Shown here in pieces: positions 13,930-22,771 of a stretch of DNA of 26,847 nucleotides. A model generated the notes under the pieces. It had not been told where the DNA came from, made no database searches, and saw only the letters and a program-made list of their open reading frames with translations. Source of the stretch: a virus (Duplodnaviria > Caudoviricetes); IMG/VR virus record IMGVR_UViG_3300025819_000130, positions 1 to 26,847 of that record, one strand, 5' to 3'. The first letter of the stretch is position 1. The number at the start of each line of letters is the position of its first letter. Made by a program: the position numbers and the translations under genes.

Positions 13930-16437
13930 ATGAGTAAGACCATATCAATGGATGCTCGCAAAGTTGTAAAGTTTATTAATGAGTCTGTGCAGCGGCAGTT
14001 GGCTTCTATTGGCAATTGTGTCAAGCGTTTGGGCGATAAGCTCAATCGTAATTATAGTCTGGTGGCTGTGCACAAGAATTCCATGCTGTTTGAAGATGTT
14101 GATGCCAATAAATATTATTTTGCTGATTATAAGTATAATGACAATCACGAAATATTTATTTCCAACATACGTGGGGTGGATATTTGTGAGTCGAGAAAAG
14201 AACATGTGTTTAATAATGCGTGTGTGGAACTTGTAGAGGCCATCTCAGAGGGAGATAACAAGGGCATTGAGGCGGCGTTTAAGAAGATAGACAATTGTAG
14301 GTATAGATCCACGCTTGCTGACAGTGATGGGTGTGTGGTGACTAAGGATGGTGTGCGGCGCAAGCTTTATGAAGTCAATAATAAAGGCAAGTATGATGTT
14401 AATGTAATTACAGAAATGGCTGATGCAATTCGTAAAGTGGTTTTTGATGATAATGTTATAATTGAAGATAATCAAGTTGTGTGTGCGATACTCAATGATG
14501 GCAAAAAAATTAAAATTCCTATTAATGAAGAGATGAGGAGACGCAGCGTTGCCAGGCAGATGGCAGAGACTGCTAGTAATGCGTGGTCTTCGCCAAGGTT
14601 TCAAAAGCTGGTGTTGAATGTTGCGTCTATGATTGCTGAGGATAAGTTGCAGGAAGCAATTGTTGAATCGGCCAAATTTCTCAAAGAATATCAAGAGTTT
14701 TGCATGTTGGATAAGAAAGGATTTTTGTCTTTAATCGAGAAAACATTGGCCACCCAGAACATATACAACCCAGTTCTTGTTGAAGATGTAACGTTGTTAA
14801 TGTATAAGACTAATGCTAAAGTAAATAAAAAGGACATTGTCGAATCTTGGAAACAGGTGGCAAAGTTGGTTTCTAATCACGAACTGCTAGAAGAAGTTAA
14901 TAAGCTTTGTGAGGCAGACAACTTTGAAGAGGAATATGATAAATTTGTTGGTCGTGTATTGTCTGAAAACAAAATGGAAGATGACCTAATTTATAAATTT
15001 GCACTAATGATACAGGACAAGTTTCACAAAGCGATTGAGGCTCGCAAGAAAAAGATGGCAAGTGAGAAAGCATTGAAGAAATCGATTGAAGATGTGGTTA
15101 GGGAGGAAACCGAAAATCAAGATGTAGAATTTGACGAAGATGATAGCAAGTCTGATGAGATAAGTGATAAGGCTCTGGCTGAGTTGCAGCGCAGTAGTGA
15201 TAGGTGGGATGAGCTGGTGTCTGCGATAGCGGGTCCTGAGACCCGTTCCCCGGCTGATGTGGAAAGGGTGAAAAAGGTGTTGTATGCTGTAAAGGACCAT
15301 GTGTTTAAGAGTCCTTCTTTGTATTCTGTTGATAAGATTGGGGATGAAGATGCTGAGATTGATCTAGGAATGGTTGGTGATGAATTGGACAAAGAAGAGA
15401 AGAAATCTGACACCGGTAAAGCTGAGGCTGAAGAAGTCGGTGAAGCTGAGACTGGTGGAATTGGAGCCGGGGCGCCCACTTTGGGCGGTCTTGGCGGATT
15501 TGGTGCTGAAGAAGGAGAGCCCGGGGCAGAAGGTGAAGCTGGAGAAGAAGGAGAGGCTGAAGAAGAAGGTGAAGCTGGAGAAGAAGAAGGTAAAGAGAAG
15601 AAAGAGAAAAAGGAAACTGAGACTGAAGAGGAATTGAATAAGCTATTGGCTGCGAGTAGGGAAATAAATCTTGAGAAAGAAGGATTGTCTTTGCTGCAAG
15701 AAGCATATGTTAAGATGTGTGAATTGAGGGAAGAGGCAAGGTCTAGTCCGGCTTTTGTTAATGTTGCTGTGACGTATGCTGATAAATGTCGAGCCTTTGG
15801 CAATGAGCATTTATCGCAGTTATTTAAACAGCTGATTGATGATGATGATAACTATGATAATTGTGTTGTTAAATCTGAATGCGTTGATGTTGATAAATTG
15901 TACAAGTATGGTGAGAGGAGCAAAAAGGTTATTTCAGAAGCTCAATATAAACATCCTACGAAAGCTAAATCAAAGACTCGACCATCTGTTGATAAGTCCT
16001 CATTGATGAAAGACGATGTTAATGCGCTCGATGCTGCTGCTGGTGGTGTTGATGTTGTTGGCGACAAGTGTGTTGGGCTTATGGTTAGAGACAATAATAA
16101 AGGTGATGAGAAGAAGGAACAAGCTGGTGTTTCTGATGTTGTTGTGTCCATTTCTACTTCAAGTTTAGATAGTTTACAGAAATTTGCTGATATTATTGGC
16201 GCTGCCATTGATGCTATTGAGAACAGAATGAGCGGGGAAGGAGATAAAAAGGGTGGTAACGATGAAGAAGATGACGTAAAGGATGTAGATGAAAAGGAAG
16301 TTGACAGTGGGGGCGTAGATGGCATGAAAGACAAGGGACATCTTAGGGGTAAGGTTATAGAGAGTGACAAGAGCAAGGATGATGGCGGTGTTACAAAGAG
16401 TCCTACGTTTGGTAGTGGGCCGTTTAAGAAAATCTAA
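13930..16437 (+). CDS. Large helical/acidic protein, putative prohead core or internal protein
   Basis: ATG 13930 after GAGGAG. Charged helical N-half and Glu/Gly low-complexity region; directly upstream of the prohead protease, where T4 has its core genes. Confidence 0.6.
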   Translation: MSKTISMDARKVVKFINESVQRQLASIGNCVKRLGDKLNRNYSLVAVHKNSMLFEDVDANKYYFADYKYNDNHEIFISNIRGVDICESRKEHVFNNACVELVEAISEGDNKGIEAAFKKIDNCRYRSTLADSDGCVVTKDGVRRKLYEVNNKGKYDVNVITEMADAIRKVVFDDNVIIEDNQVVCAILNDGKKIKIPINEEMRRRSVARQMAETASNAWSSPRFQKLVLNVASMIAEDKLQEAIVESAKFLKEYQEFCMLDKKGFLSLIEKTLATQNIYNPVLVEDVTLLMYKTNAKVNKKDIVESWKQVAKLVSNHELLEEVNKLCEADNFEEEYDKFVGRVLSENKMEDDLIYKFALMIQDKFHKAIEARKKKMASEKALKKSIEDVVREETENQDVEFDEDDSKSDEISDKALAELQRSSDRWDELVSAIAGPETRSPADVERVKKVLYAVKDHVFKSPSLYSVDKIGDEDAEIDLGMVGDELDKEEKKSDTGKAEAEEVGEAETGGIGAGAPTLGGLGGFGAEEGEPGAEGEAGEEGEAEEEGEAGEEEGKEKKEKKETETEEELNKLLAASREINLEKEGLSLLQEAYVKMCELREEARSSPAFVNVAVTYADKCRAFGNEHLSQLFKQLIDDDDNYDNCVVKSECVDVDKLYKYGERSKKVISEAQYKHPTKAKSKTRPSVDKSSLMKDDVNALDAAAGGVDVVGDKCVGLMVRDNNKGDEKKEQAGVSDVVVSISTSSLDSLQKFADIIGAAIDAIENRMSGEGDKKGGNDEEDDVKDVDEKEVDSGGVDGMKDKGHLRGKVIESDKSKDDGGVTKSPTFGSGPFKKI
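15529..15586 (+). repeat. 22-bp direct repeat (gaaggtgaagctggagaagaag x2, 36-nt period) in the acidic EGEAGEE tract
   Basis: Copies at 15529-15550 and 15565-15586. Confidence 0.85.
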
Positions 16438-16464
16438 TTAGTTTAGCTTAAATTGTTTTGTTTT

Positions 16465-16494
16465 CACTATTGCCGGGCATGCCCGGCAATAGTG
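16465..16494. repeat. Perfect 30-bp palindrome CACTATTGCCGGGCATGCCCGGCAATAGTG (hairpin; possible terminator or operator)
   Basis: All 15 pairs match around 16479/16480; intergenic and followed by TTATTT. Confidence 0.9.
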
Positions 16495-16512
16495 TTATTT
16501 GTGGTGCTGCTT

Positions 16513-16522
16513 TCAAAAATAT
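16513..16522 (+). promoter_or_regulatory. Candidate phage late promoter TCAAAAATAT
   Basis: 37 nt before the prohead protease ATG 16550. Confidence 0.6.
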
Positions 16523-16549
16523 TGTGTTGGTGGTGTGTGGAGGAATAAT

Positions 16550-17209
16550 ATGAGTGCTATTGTGAGCAATGATACGGCCAAAGAGATGTCTGTGTTGGTA
16601 GAATGCACCGCTTTTAAAATAGTTGATAAACGTGATGTTTTGGTCGAGGAAAGAAATGGTGGGAAGAATAAGCGCCTCAGGTTGGTTGGTGTTATTCAGA
16701 AGTGTGATGAGGTCAACACCAATCGTCGCATATATCCCCTTAGTGTGGTAAAACCGGCGATTGATAAAATTCAGCCACTTATTAAGGATCGCCGAGTGCT
16801 TGGCGAGTTGGATCACCCTGACGCAGCAGTTCCCAAAGTGCACTTGGGGAGGGTATCTCACCTGGTAACAAAGGTGTGGTTGGATGGCAAAAATGTTATG
16901 GGTGAGATTGAAGTTCTCGATAAGATGCCGTGTGGTGGAATGCTAAAGGCTCTGATTGAGTCAAACATTCCAATTAGTGTTTCTTCTCGTGGTGTTGGTT
17001 CTTGTGGGGTTGTAACTATCTCTGACGGCATTGCATATGAAGTGCTGCCGAATTTTAAGTTTATTACTTGGGACATTGTTGCTGACCCTGCTGTGGTTGA
17101 GGCTCAGTTGAGTGTCATGGAATCTAAAAACTATTTGACACACGTCAAGAAGATTGATGTTGCAGATTTTGCCCGTAGATTTGGTGAATGTCTGCGTGGC
17201 ATGAAATGA
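16550..17209 (+). CDS. Prohead core maturation protease (T4 gp21-like)
   Basis: GVIQKCDEVNTNRRIYP, LGELDHPD, VSHLV, VSSRGVGS, WDIVADPA; GGAGGA RBS before ATG 16550. Confidence 0.95.
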   Translation: MSAIVSNDTAKEMSVLVECTAFKIVDKRDVLVEERNGGKNKRLRLVGVIQKCDEVNTNRRIYPLSVVKPAIDKIQPLIKDRRVLGELDHPDAAVPKVHLGRVSHLVTKVWLDGKNVMGEIEVLDKMPCGGMLKALIESNIPISVSSRGVGSCGVVTISDGIAYEVLPNFKFITWDIVADPAVVEAQLSVMESKNYLTHVKKIDVADFARRFGECLRGMK

Positions 17210-17223
17210 TTGGTGGATTCAAT

Positions 17224-17982
17224 ATGCCAATTGTTTCTAAAGATGTTCAATTGGAACTTGATGGGAAACTAGTTACCATTGGGGAAGGGTCCATGGTAAA
17301 TATTTATAGACCAGTGTGTGTGGTGGGAGAAGATGTTGAAGTGGTCTTAAATGGGGAGCCAGTGCTGATTGAGTGTGGTGACGTTATAATGGCATCGCCA
17401 TTTGGGTCTTATTTTGTTGGCCAAGACGTAGAAGTGACTGGCATCAACGGCAAAAAACACAGGTTAAATTGCGGTGATAGAATTGTAATAAATGAGGCTG
17501 TTGATTTTGAGGCCATGGCGCGGATGGTGTTGCCGATTCGTAGTGTTATAGCCAAAATCATTGGCATAATTGAGAGCAGAAAGGAAGCGACAAAGGACGG
17601 TGCGGAAAAGGAATTATATAATCAAATAACTAACGATGATGAATTTGAGAAATTGGCAGCCATTGTTGATGCTAAGAATGTTGGTGAATTAGAGATGTTG
17701 ATTGCCAGCCGCGACATTGATCCATTAAGGGCCCTTGATAAAATATCTGACAAGCTAAAGAGCTCCAACATTCCTTATGCTATCAAAATTGCGAAATACA
17801 TAGACAATAAAACACAACGCAGGACATGGTCAAGGATATTCTCGTTTCTTAAAAAGAAAATTGACTACAGAACACAGGCTAGCAGATTGGTTAAAGCAAT
17901 TAAGGACTCTATCGACACCATTGGTGAAGACGATACCATGCGCATAATAAGAGAAACAATGTCGAAATTGTCTATTGCCTAG
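17224..17982 (+). CDS. Hypothetical head-module protein with three N-terminal beta repeats
   Basis: ORF open from 17188; ATG 17224 follows GGTGGA. Three copies of V..DV.....G.....(E/N)xG..(V/I), then a helical domain. Confidence 0.65.
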   Translation: MPIVSKDVQLELDGKLVTIGEGSMVNIYRPVCVVGEDVEVVLNGEPVLIECGDVIMASPFGSYFVGQDVEVTGINGKKHRLNCGDRIVINEAVDFEAMARMVLPIRSVIAKIIGIIESRKEATKDGAEKELYNQITNDDEFEKLAAIVDAKNVGELEMLIASRDIDPLRALDKISDKLKSSNIPYAIKIAKYIDNKTQRRTWSRIFSFLKKKIDYRTQASRLVKAIKDSIDTIGEDDTMRIIRETMSKLSIA

Positions 17983-19289
17983 TGTATGGGGCATCTATGA
18001 GACACCCAATTAGTGATATAGACAGGATGATAGATTATTGTCTTCATTCTCTTTGTGAAAACCAGAAAGAAGAGGAGAGGTATTATTGGAAGAAGGGAGA
18101 AGGCGAAATAGATCAGGTTAAGGTGGATGTGCCGTCCGGCAAAGTAACAGATCCCACTAGGCGATTGAAAAGAGATGTTACTAGAACAGCGGCAAAGGAA
18201 ACCGCGCAAAGAAAGATATCAGCCAAAATTGCTGCTACCCCATATGTTGGTGGTGAGCCAGCACCTGGGCTTCGTAGGAGCATAAGATCTGGTGAAATAT
18301 ATCATGGCGCTGGGCCAGTTGCCAAAGCCATGAAGATTACATTGATGGATTTTCCAGATCAATTGAGCTTTGATCCAGAGACCATTGCCAGCAAGTATGG
18401 ATATTTTGATCATTGGCCAGAGAGACATTTGAGAGAGTTATTGTCTGCGATTGGCATAGCAAATTCTCACTTGAGCAATGGTGAGATTAGGGATAAAGAA
18501 TATATTGCCAAAATAGAAAGAAAGCTTTTTGATCCATTTGCAAAAAAGAGTGAAACGGCTGGTTCTCACGCGATATATTCGTTGAAAGAAAAATTAAAAT
18601 CCATTGTCGATTCTTATAATGCTGCTCCGTGGGCGGTATCCCGTATGGGGCCGCAAGTAGAAAGGATATTGAAAGCAATTAAGTTATATGGTGACATCGA
18701 TACGTGGACTGCCAAACAAACTTCGAAAGTGGCTCGTGAAATTGGTGTGACTGCTGAAAGCGATGTTTTGCGATCTGTGCGCGATGCTGCAATAAGCAAG
18801 GCGAGGGACATGGTAAGCAGTCTTGGTTCCAAGGGAATTGTGAATGCGGCGCGCAATAGATGGAAGGAAGTGTTGCATGTTGCGCACATGATGGGATATA
18901 GCAAGGAAGACATTAAGATTGGCCCCAAAATGATTAGCAATTTAGCAGACATATTAACTAGAATTTATGCTGAAGAATTGGCATATAGCATCTTGGATGG
19001 TGATGAAATGGCTTTGGATCACATCTTAGATAGAATAAAATCCGATTCATATCGCCGTATTATTGATTTGTCTACTAAGATGTCGATGGCTGATGTTTCT
19101 AGCATGAGACTTAGGTCATCGCCATCGGTTGTTGGGGCTAAGTCTATTGTCTATGAAGTGCCAGCCGGTGAAAAAGAATATGACATGGGTAAAGAAAAAC
19201 CAGAGCCGATAGAAAGACCACCTTTTGATGTTGATGATATGCGCCGTGTGCTGGGGCAGTATATGTCTAAAATCAAAGAGAAGGAATAA
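17982..19289 (+). CDS. Hypothetical helical protein in the head module (candidate internal protein)
   Basis: 435-aa ORF; start uncertain (GTG 17982 or ATG 17997). Confidence 0.65.
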   Translation: MYGASMRHPISDIDRMIDYCLHSLCENQKEEERYYWKKGEGEIDQVKVDVPSGKVTDPTRRLKRDVTRTAAKETAQRKISAKIAATPYVGGEPAPGLRRSIRSGEIYHGAGPVAKAMKITLMDFPDQLSFDPETIASKYGYFDHWPERHLRELLSAIGIANSHLSNGEIRDKEYIAKIERKLFDPFAKKSETAGSHAIYSLKEKLKSIVDSYNAAPWAVSRMGPQVERILKAIKLYGDIDTWTAKQTSKVAREIGVTAESDVLRSVRDAAISKARDMVSSLGSKGIVNAARNRWKEVLHVAHMMGYSKEDIKIGPKMISNLADILTRIYAEELAYSILDGDEMALDHILDRIKSDSYRRIIDLSTKMSMADVSSMRLRSSPSVVGAKSIVYEVPAGEKEYDMGKEKPEPIERPPFDVDDMRRVLGQYMSKIKEKE

Positions 19290-19297
19290 ATCTGCAG

Positions 19298-20347
19298 ATG
19301 TTGAAATCCTCTTCTAGAGATTTTATACTTGAAGATGTAAAGCGATGGCCCAGCACATTTAATAGGGCTAAAAGGTTTGTGTTGCGTCATCGTGATGAAG
19401 TTACTATGCCAGTACACAAGTGGAGCGTTGAAACAATATCACATTTTAATGAATTAAGTGAAGATGAACAACTTCTGGTGCGATATGGGTGGCCAGATTT
19501 GTCTGGCAACGACCACTGGCCGCCAGGCCATGACAGCAACAAGATAACAATATTATATGGTAGTGATGTTAATAAATGGCCAGATGATGTAGTTAAAAGG
19601 TTCTGGGAAGCTTTGCCATCGCCACAGAAAAAGAAACTTGAAGGTATGGTGATGTCTGGCAAGCGTATGCGCCAATATGGCATGAGCAAGAGTGCTGAAG
19701 CCGAATTAAAAAAGAGCGCAGATGTAGGCGAGGTTGATGAACGTGTGCTTCTACAAGCAACAGAACCTTGGTGGAGGAAGCATGTTGGTGATTTTGAAGA
19801 AATAGACAAGCTTAAGCGGGAGTTTGGTGACATAATGAAGATGCCGCCAAATCGCATTAGCTATTTTAAAGATGTTATTCAACGCAACATGAACCTTGGT
19901 TATTATATTGATGCATTTGTCAAATTAAAGATGAACATTCCTAAAAAGAGGCATCCATTTATTGATAAAATGTTTGTTGATGTTGATAGAATGAAAAGAA
20001 TTGTTGATCGATATATGTCTCCTGGCCCCATTGATAAGGAAGAGGCTCACAAGCTGTTTGGTGTACACCCAAAATCAGAAGAGATGGAGTGGTTATTGCG
20101 GTGGTTTAATGAACGCAAGCCGTTGAATGTTAAGCAGCACAACATAAACAGCATTATCAACCGCGCCAGACTGTGGTATGAGAAAATGAAGGCCATATAT
20201 GATGCCATACGATTTTCTGGTGTTGGTTTGAGTAGAAGTAAAATGATAGAGGAAATGTTGCACAATTCTGGTTTGGACAAATTACAAGCACCATATTCAT
20301 ATGTGGTTAGGAATTTGGCGGAAGATATAACATTTAACACTAGGTGA
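19298..20347 (+). CDS. Hypothetical basic, Trp/Pro-rich protein in the head module
   Basis: 349-aa ORF starting 8 nt after the previous stop; AAGGA RBS. Confidence 0.65.
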   Translation: MLKSSSRDFILEDVKRWPSTFNRAKRFVLRHRDEVTMPVHKWSVETISHFNELSEDEQLLVRYGWPDLSGNDHWPPGHDSNKITILYGSDVNKWPDDVVKRFWEALPSPQKKKLEGMVMSGKRMRQYGMSKSAEAELKKSADVGEVDERVLLQATEPWWRKHVGDFEEIDKLKREFGDIMKMPPNRISYFKDVIQRNMNLGYYIDAFVKLKMNIPKKRHPFIDKMFVDVDRMKRIVDRYMSPGPIDKEEAHKLFGVHPKSEEMEWLLRWFNERKPLNVKQHNINSIINRARLWYEKMKAIYDAIRFSGVGLSRSKMIEEMLHNSGLDKLQAPYSYVVRNLAEDITFNTR

Positions 20348-20374
20348 TGGAGTGTTCTGTGTTAAGTGTTTTTG

Positions 20375-20384
20375 TCAAAAATAA
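20375..20384 (+). promoter_or_regulatory. Candidate phage late promoter TCAAAAATAA
   Basis: 42 nt before the scaffold ATG 20417. Confidence 0.6.
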
Positions 20385-20416
20385 TTCAGAATTTAGACGT
20401 TAATGAGGAGCTAGCA

Positions 20417-21118
20417 ATGAACAAGATTATTGCCTTACTTAAAGAGATCGGCGCTTCAGATCAACTGGCGTCTGCGGTGTCAGAAGAGCTAGTCAAGTAT
20501 GATAAGGAAATTCACGACAAGTATCAAACTGCGTATAATATTAAGCTGCAGAAAGCTAAGCAGATATGTATTGAGGAAGTTGAAAACTACAAGGTTGATC
20601 TGGCCAACAAAGTTAGTGTTTTTCTTGAGAGCAAAGCTGCTCAAATAGAGAAGCGCATAGAGAAGCAGAGGGCGGTCGAAGAAAGCAGCGCGATGGGCAA
20701 ACTGCAGTCTATCCGTAACATTACGGAAGGCATTGAGGTTGCTAGTGATGCTGAGATCAAAGCCCTCAGAGAGCGCATTGAACAGCTTTCTAATAAAGTG
20801 AAAACCTTGACGGAAGAGAAGAAGAGGGCGGAGATTGCGGCCAATCGCGCCAATGAGATGGCTCTTAGCATCATTAGGGAAAGTAGGGCAAAGGCCATGA
20901 AGCCGGTAATAGAGGAAGATGCCAAGAAAAAGGATGATAACAAACAAACAAAGGAAAAGAAGAGTGAGACAGTTAAAGGCCGCAGGGTGGTTTCTGGCTT
21001 GCCAAAGACTAGCAACCCTAGGTTGGTGGAGCTGCAAGTTCCGACTAAATCTTTCTCTGAACAAAAAGGCGTTGATGTGGTTGATGATAAAATAGTTCAG
21101 ATAGCTAATCAAATCTGA
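20417..21118 (+). CDS. Prohead scaffold protein (T4 gp22-like), coiled coil
   Basis: GAGGAG RBS; E/K/A-rich heptads; directly upstream of the major capsid gene. Confidence 0.75.
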   Translation: MNKIIALLKEIGASDQLASAVSEELVKYDKEIHDKYQTAYNIKLQKAKQICIEEVENYKVDLANKVSVFLESKAAQIEKRIEKQRAVEESSAMGKLQSIRNITEGIEVASDAEIKALRERIEQLSNKVKTLTEEKKRAEIAANRANEMALSIIRESRAKAMKPVIEEDAKKKDDNKQTKEKKSETVKGRRVVSGLPKTSNPRLVELQVPTKSFSEQKGVDVVDDKIVQIANQI

Positions 21119-21141
21119 CAATAAGACAGGAGGAATGCAAA

Positions 21142-22698
21142 ATGAAACATCTTGGTACTGCTGGGGTTATTACTGAAGACAGGTCTAATAATGAATATTT
21201 GTTGCAGGAGGCTAAGCGCAATCAACTGGTTAAGAAGTGGAGCCCGGTTCTGGCCAAAATGCAAGAGGTTCCCCAAAACAAGTATGGGCTGATGGCTCAC
21301 CTGTTTGAAAACCAGTATTCGGTGATGGGTGGTCGAAAGTCGTCGGTCATTCTTGAGGACGCATTTCAGACGGGCAACATCGCTGACTTTACTCGTTTTG
21401 CGCTGCCGTTGATTCGTAAGTCGTTTTCCAAGTTGATCGCTGACAATTTGGTTGGTGTGCAGCCAATGTCTCAGCCCGCCAGTTTGATTTTCTATGTTCG
21501 TTATCGTTATGGAATTAGCAAAGGCCAGACGGTTGCTGGAACGCAGATCATGCGTCAGAGCACCAGCGCCCAGTTTGCCCGTCAGTCTGGTTGGGCTTTG
21601 GATCCGTATTATAGCAGCCAGACTGTTGGTGGTCAGATGTGGGATGGTGAGGACATGGTGATCAGCACTGATGGGTTGACCATTAGCAAGACGTTAGCGC
21701 ACCGTCCCGTGCTTGCTGGCACCGTGGTTGTTAATCTCTTCCTTCAGTCTGAGCTCGATCAGGGCTGCGACACTCCGACCCCGTGTTTGCAAGTGTCGTT
21801 TGGCGCTGATGGAAAAGTGGATAATGTCGTTGGGTCTAACTCCACTGCGTGTGGCAGCTTTGTGGTTGATGTCAATGCGTCTAGCTTTGATCACTCCACT
21901 GGTTTGGCGAAAGTGGTTCTCACTGGCACCCCGGTGCCTTCTGGCATGGTTGCTCGTTGCAGCTATGAGTACGACCTTGAGAACAACCCGTTCCAGCCGG
22001 AAGTGACAATGAGCATTGATAGTGATTCGATCAGTGCTATCACTCGCAAGCTGAAGACAAGCTGGTCACTTGAGGCTGCCCAGGATCTTAAGAGTGTTCA
22101 TAACATCGATGCTGAGAGCACCCTTACAGATCTGATGGCGGACGAGATGGTTGCTGAGATTGATCGTGAAATCATCAATGACCTTATAATTGCGGCTGCG
22201 ATTAGAGCTCGTCATAACTTTGCAACTGGAGCTGGTGCGTCGGTTAACTTTACTGATCGCAACATTGCGCTGCTGTATAAGACGCTCGAAGTTGCAAACA
22301 TCATCCACCGCACCACATTGCGTGGTCCGGCAAACTGGATAGTGACTAGCTCGGATATTGCTAGCAAATATGAGCAGCTAAATGACTTCCGTGGAAGCGA
22401 TGCTCTTGTTGATGGTGGCATTGACATTGGTATCACTAATGCCGGCACCATCCAGGGCAAGCTTAAACTCTATAAGGATCCTTTGTTCCCGAACTGCAAA
22501 GTTTTGTTGGGATTCAAAGGCAATAAGTCTGTGGATGCTGGTTATATTTATGGCCCATATATTCCGCTGCTCAGCACCCCAACGGTGATGGATCCGAACT
22601 CCTTCACTCCGAACAAGGGTATCTTGACCAGGTACGGCAAGAAGTTGATTGAGGACGGAGGGCTATACTACGGGGTGATTACGGTCAGCAATCTCTAA
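21142..22698 (+). CDS. Major capsid protein (T4 gp23-like)
   Basis: KKWSPVL, LPLIRK...LIADNLVGVQPM, TRKLKTSWSLEAAQDLKSVHNIDAE, EIDREII, DAGYIYGPYIPL, FTPNKGILTRYG; AGGAGG RBS. Confidence 0.98.
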   Translation: MKHLGTAGVITEDRSNNEYLLQEAKRNQLVKKWSPVLAKMQEVPQNKYGLMAHLFENQYSVMGGRKSSVILEDAFQTGNIADFTRFALPLIRKSFSKLIADNLVGVQPMSQPASLIFYVRYRYGISKGQTVAGTQIMRQSTSAQFARQSGWALDPYYSSQTVGGQMWDGEDMVISTDGLTISKTLAHRPVLAGTVVVNLFLQSELDQGCDTPTPCLQVSFGADGKVDNVVGSNSTACGSFVVDVNASSFDHSTGLAKVVLTGTPVPSGMVARCSYEYDLENNPFQPEVTMSIDSDSISAITRKLKTSWSLEAAQDLKSVHNIDAESTLTDLMADEMVAEIDREIINDLIIAAAIRARHNFATGAGASVNFTDRNIALLYKTLEVANIIHRTTLRGPANWIVTSSDIASKYEQLNDFRGSDALVDGGIDIGITNAGTIQGKLKLYKDPLFPNCKVLLGFKGNKSVDAGYIYGPYIPLLSTPTVMDPNSFTPNKGILTRYGKKLIEDGGLYYGVITVSNL

Positions 22699-22706
22699 GA
22701 TGAGAT

Positions 22707-22741
22707 AAAGAACCCCGCCTAATTAAGCGGGGTTCTTTTTT
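22707..22741 (+). terminator. Rho-independent terminator after the major capsid gene
   Basis: AAAGAACCCCGC-ctaattaa-GCGGGGTTCTTT stem-loop running into a T tract. Confidence 0.9.
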
Positions 22742-22771
22742 GCCTTTTGTTGGGACTGTGGGTTGTATAAT

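Noticed and set aside
21109-21118. TCAAATCTGA as a seventh promoter copy before the capsid gene
   Set aside because: It lacks the conserved WTAW half and lies within the scaffold coding end.
22764-22771. TGTATAAT as a sigma70 -10 promoter for the first HNH gene
   Set aside because: It abuts ATG 22772 with no room for a transcription start and has no clear -35; it could serve a downstream start but that is unsupported.
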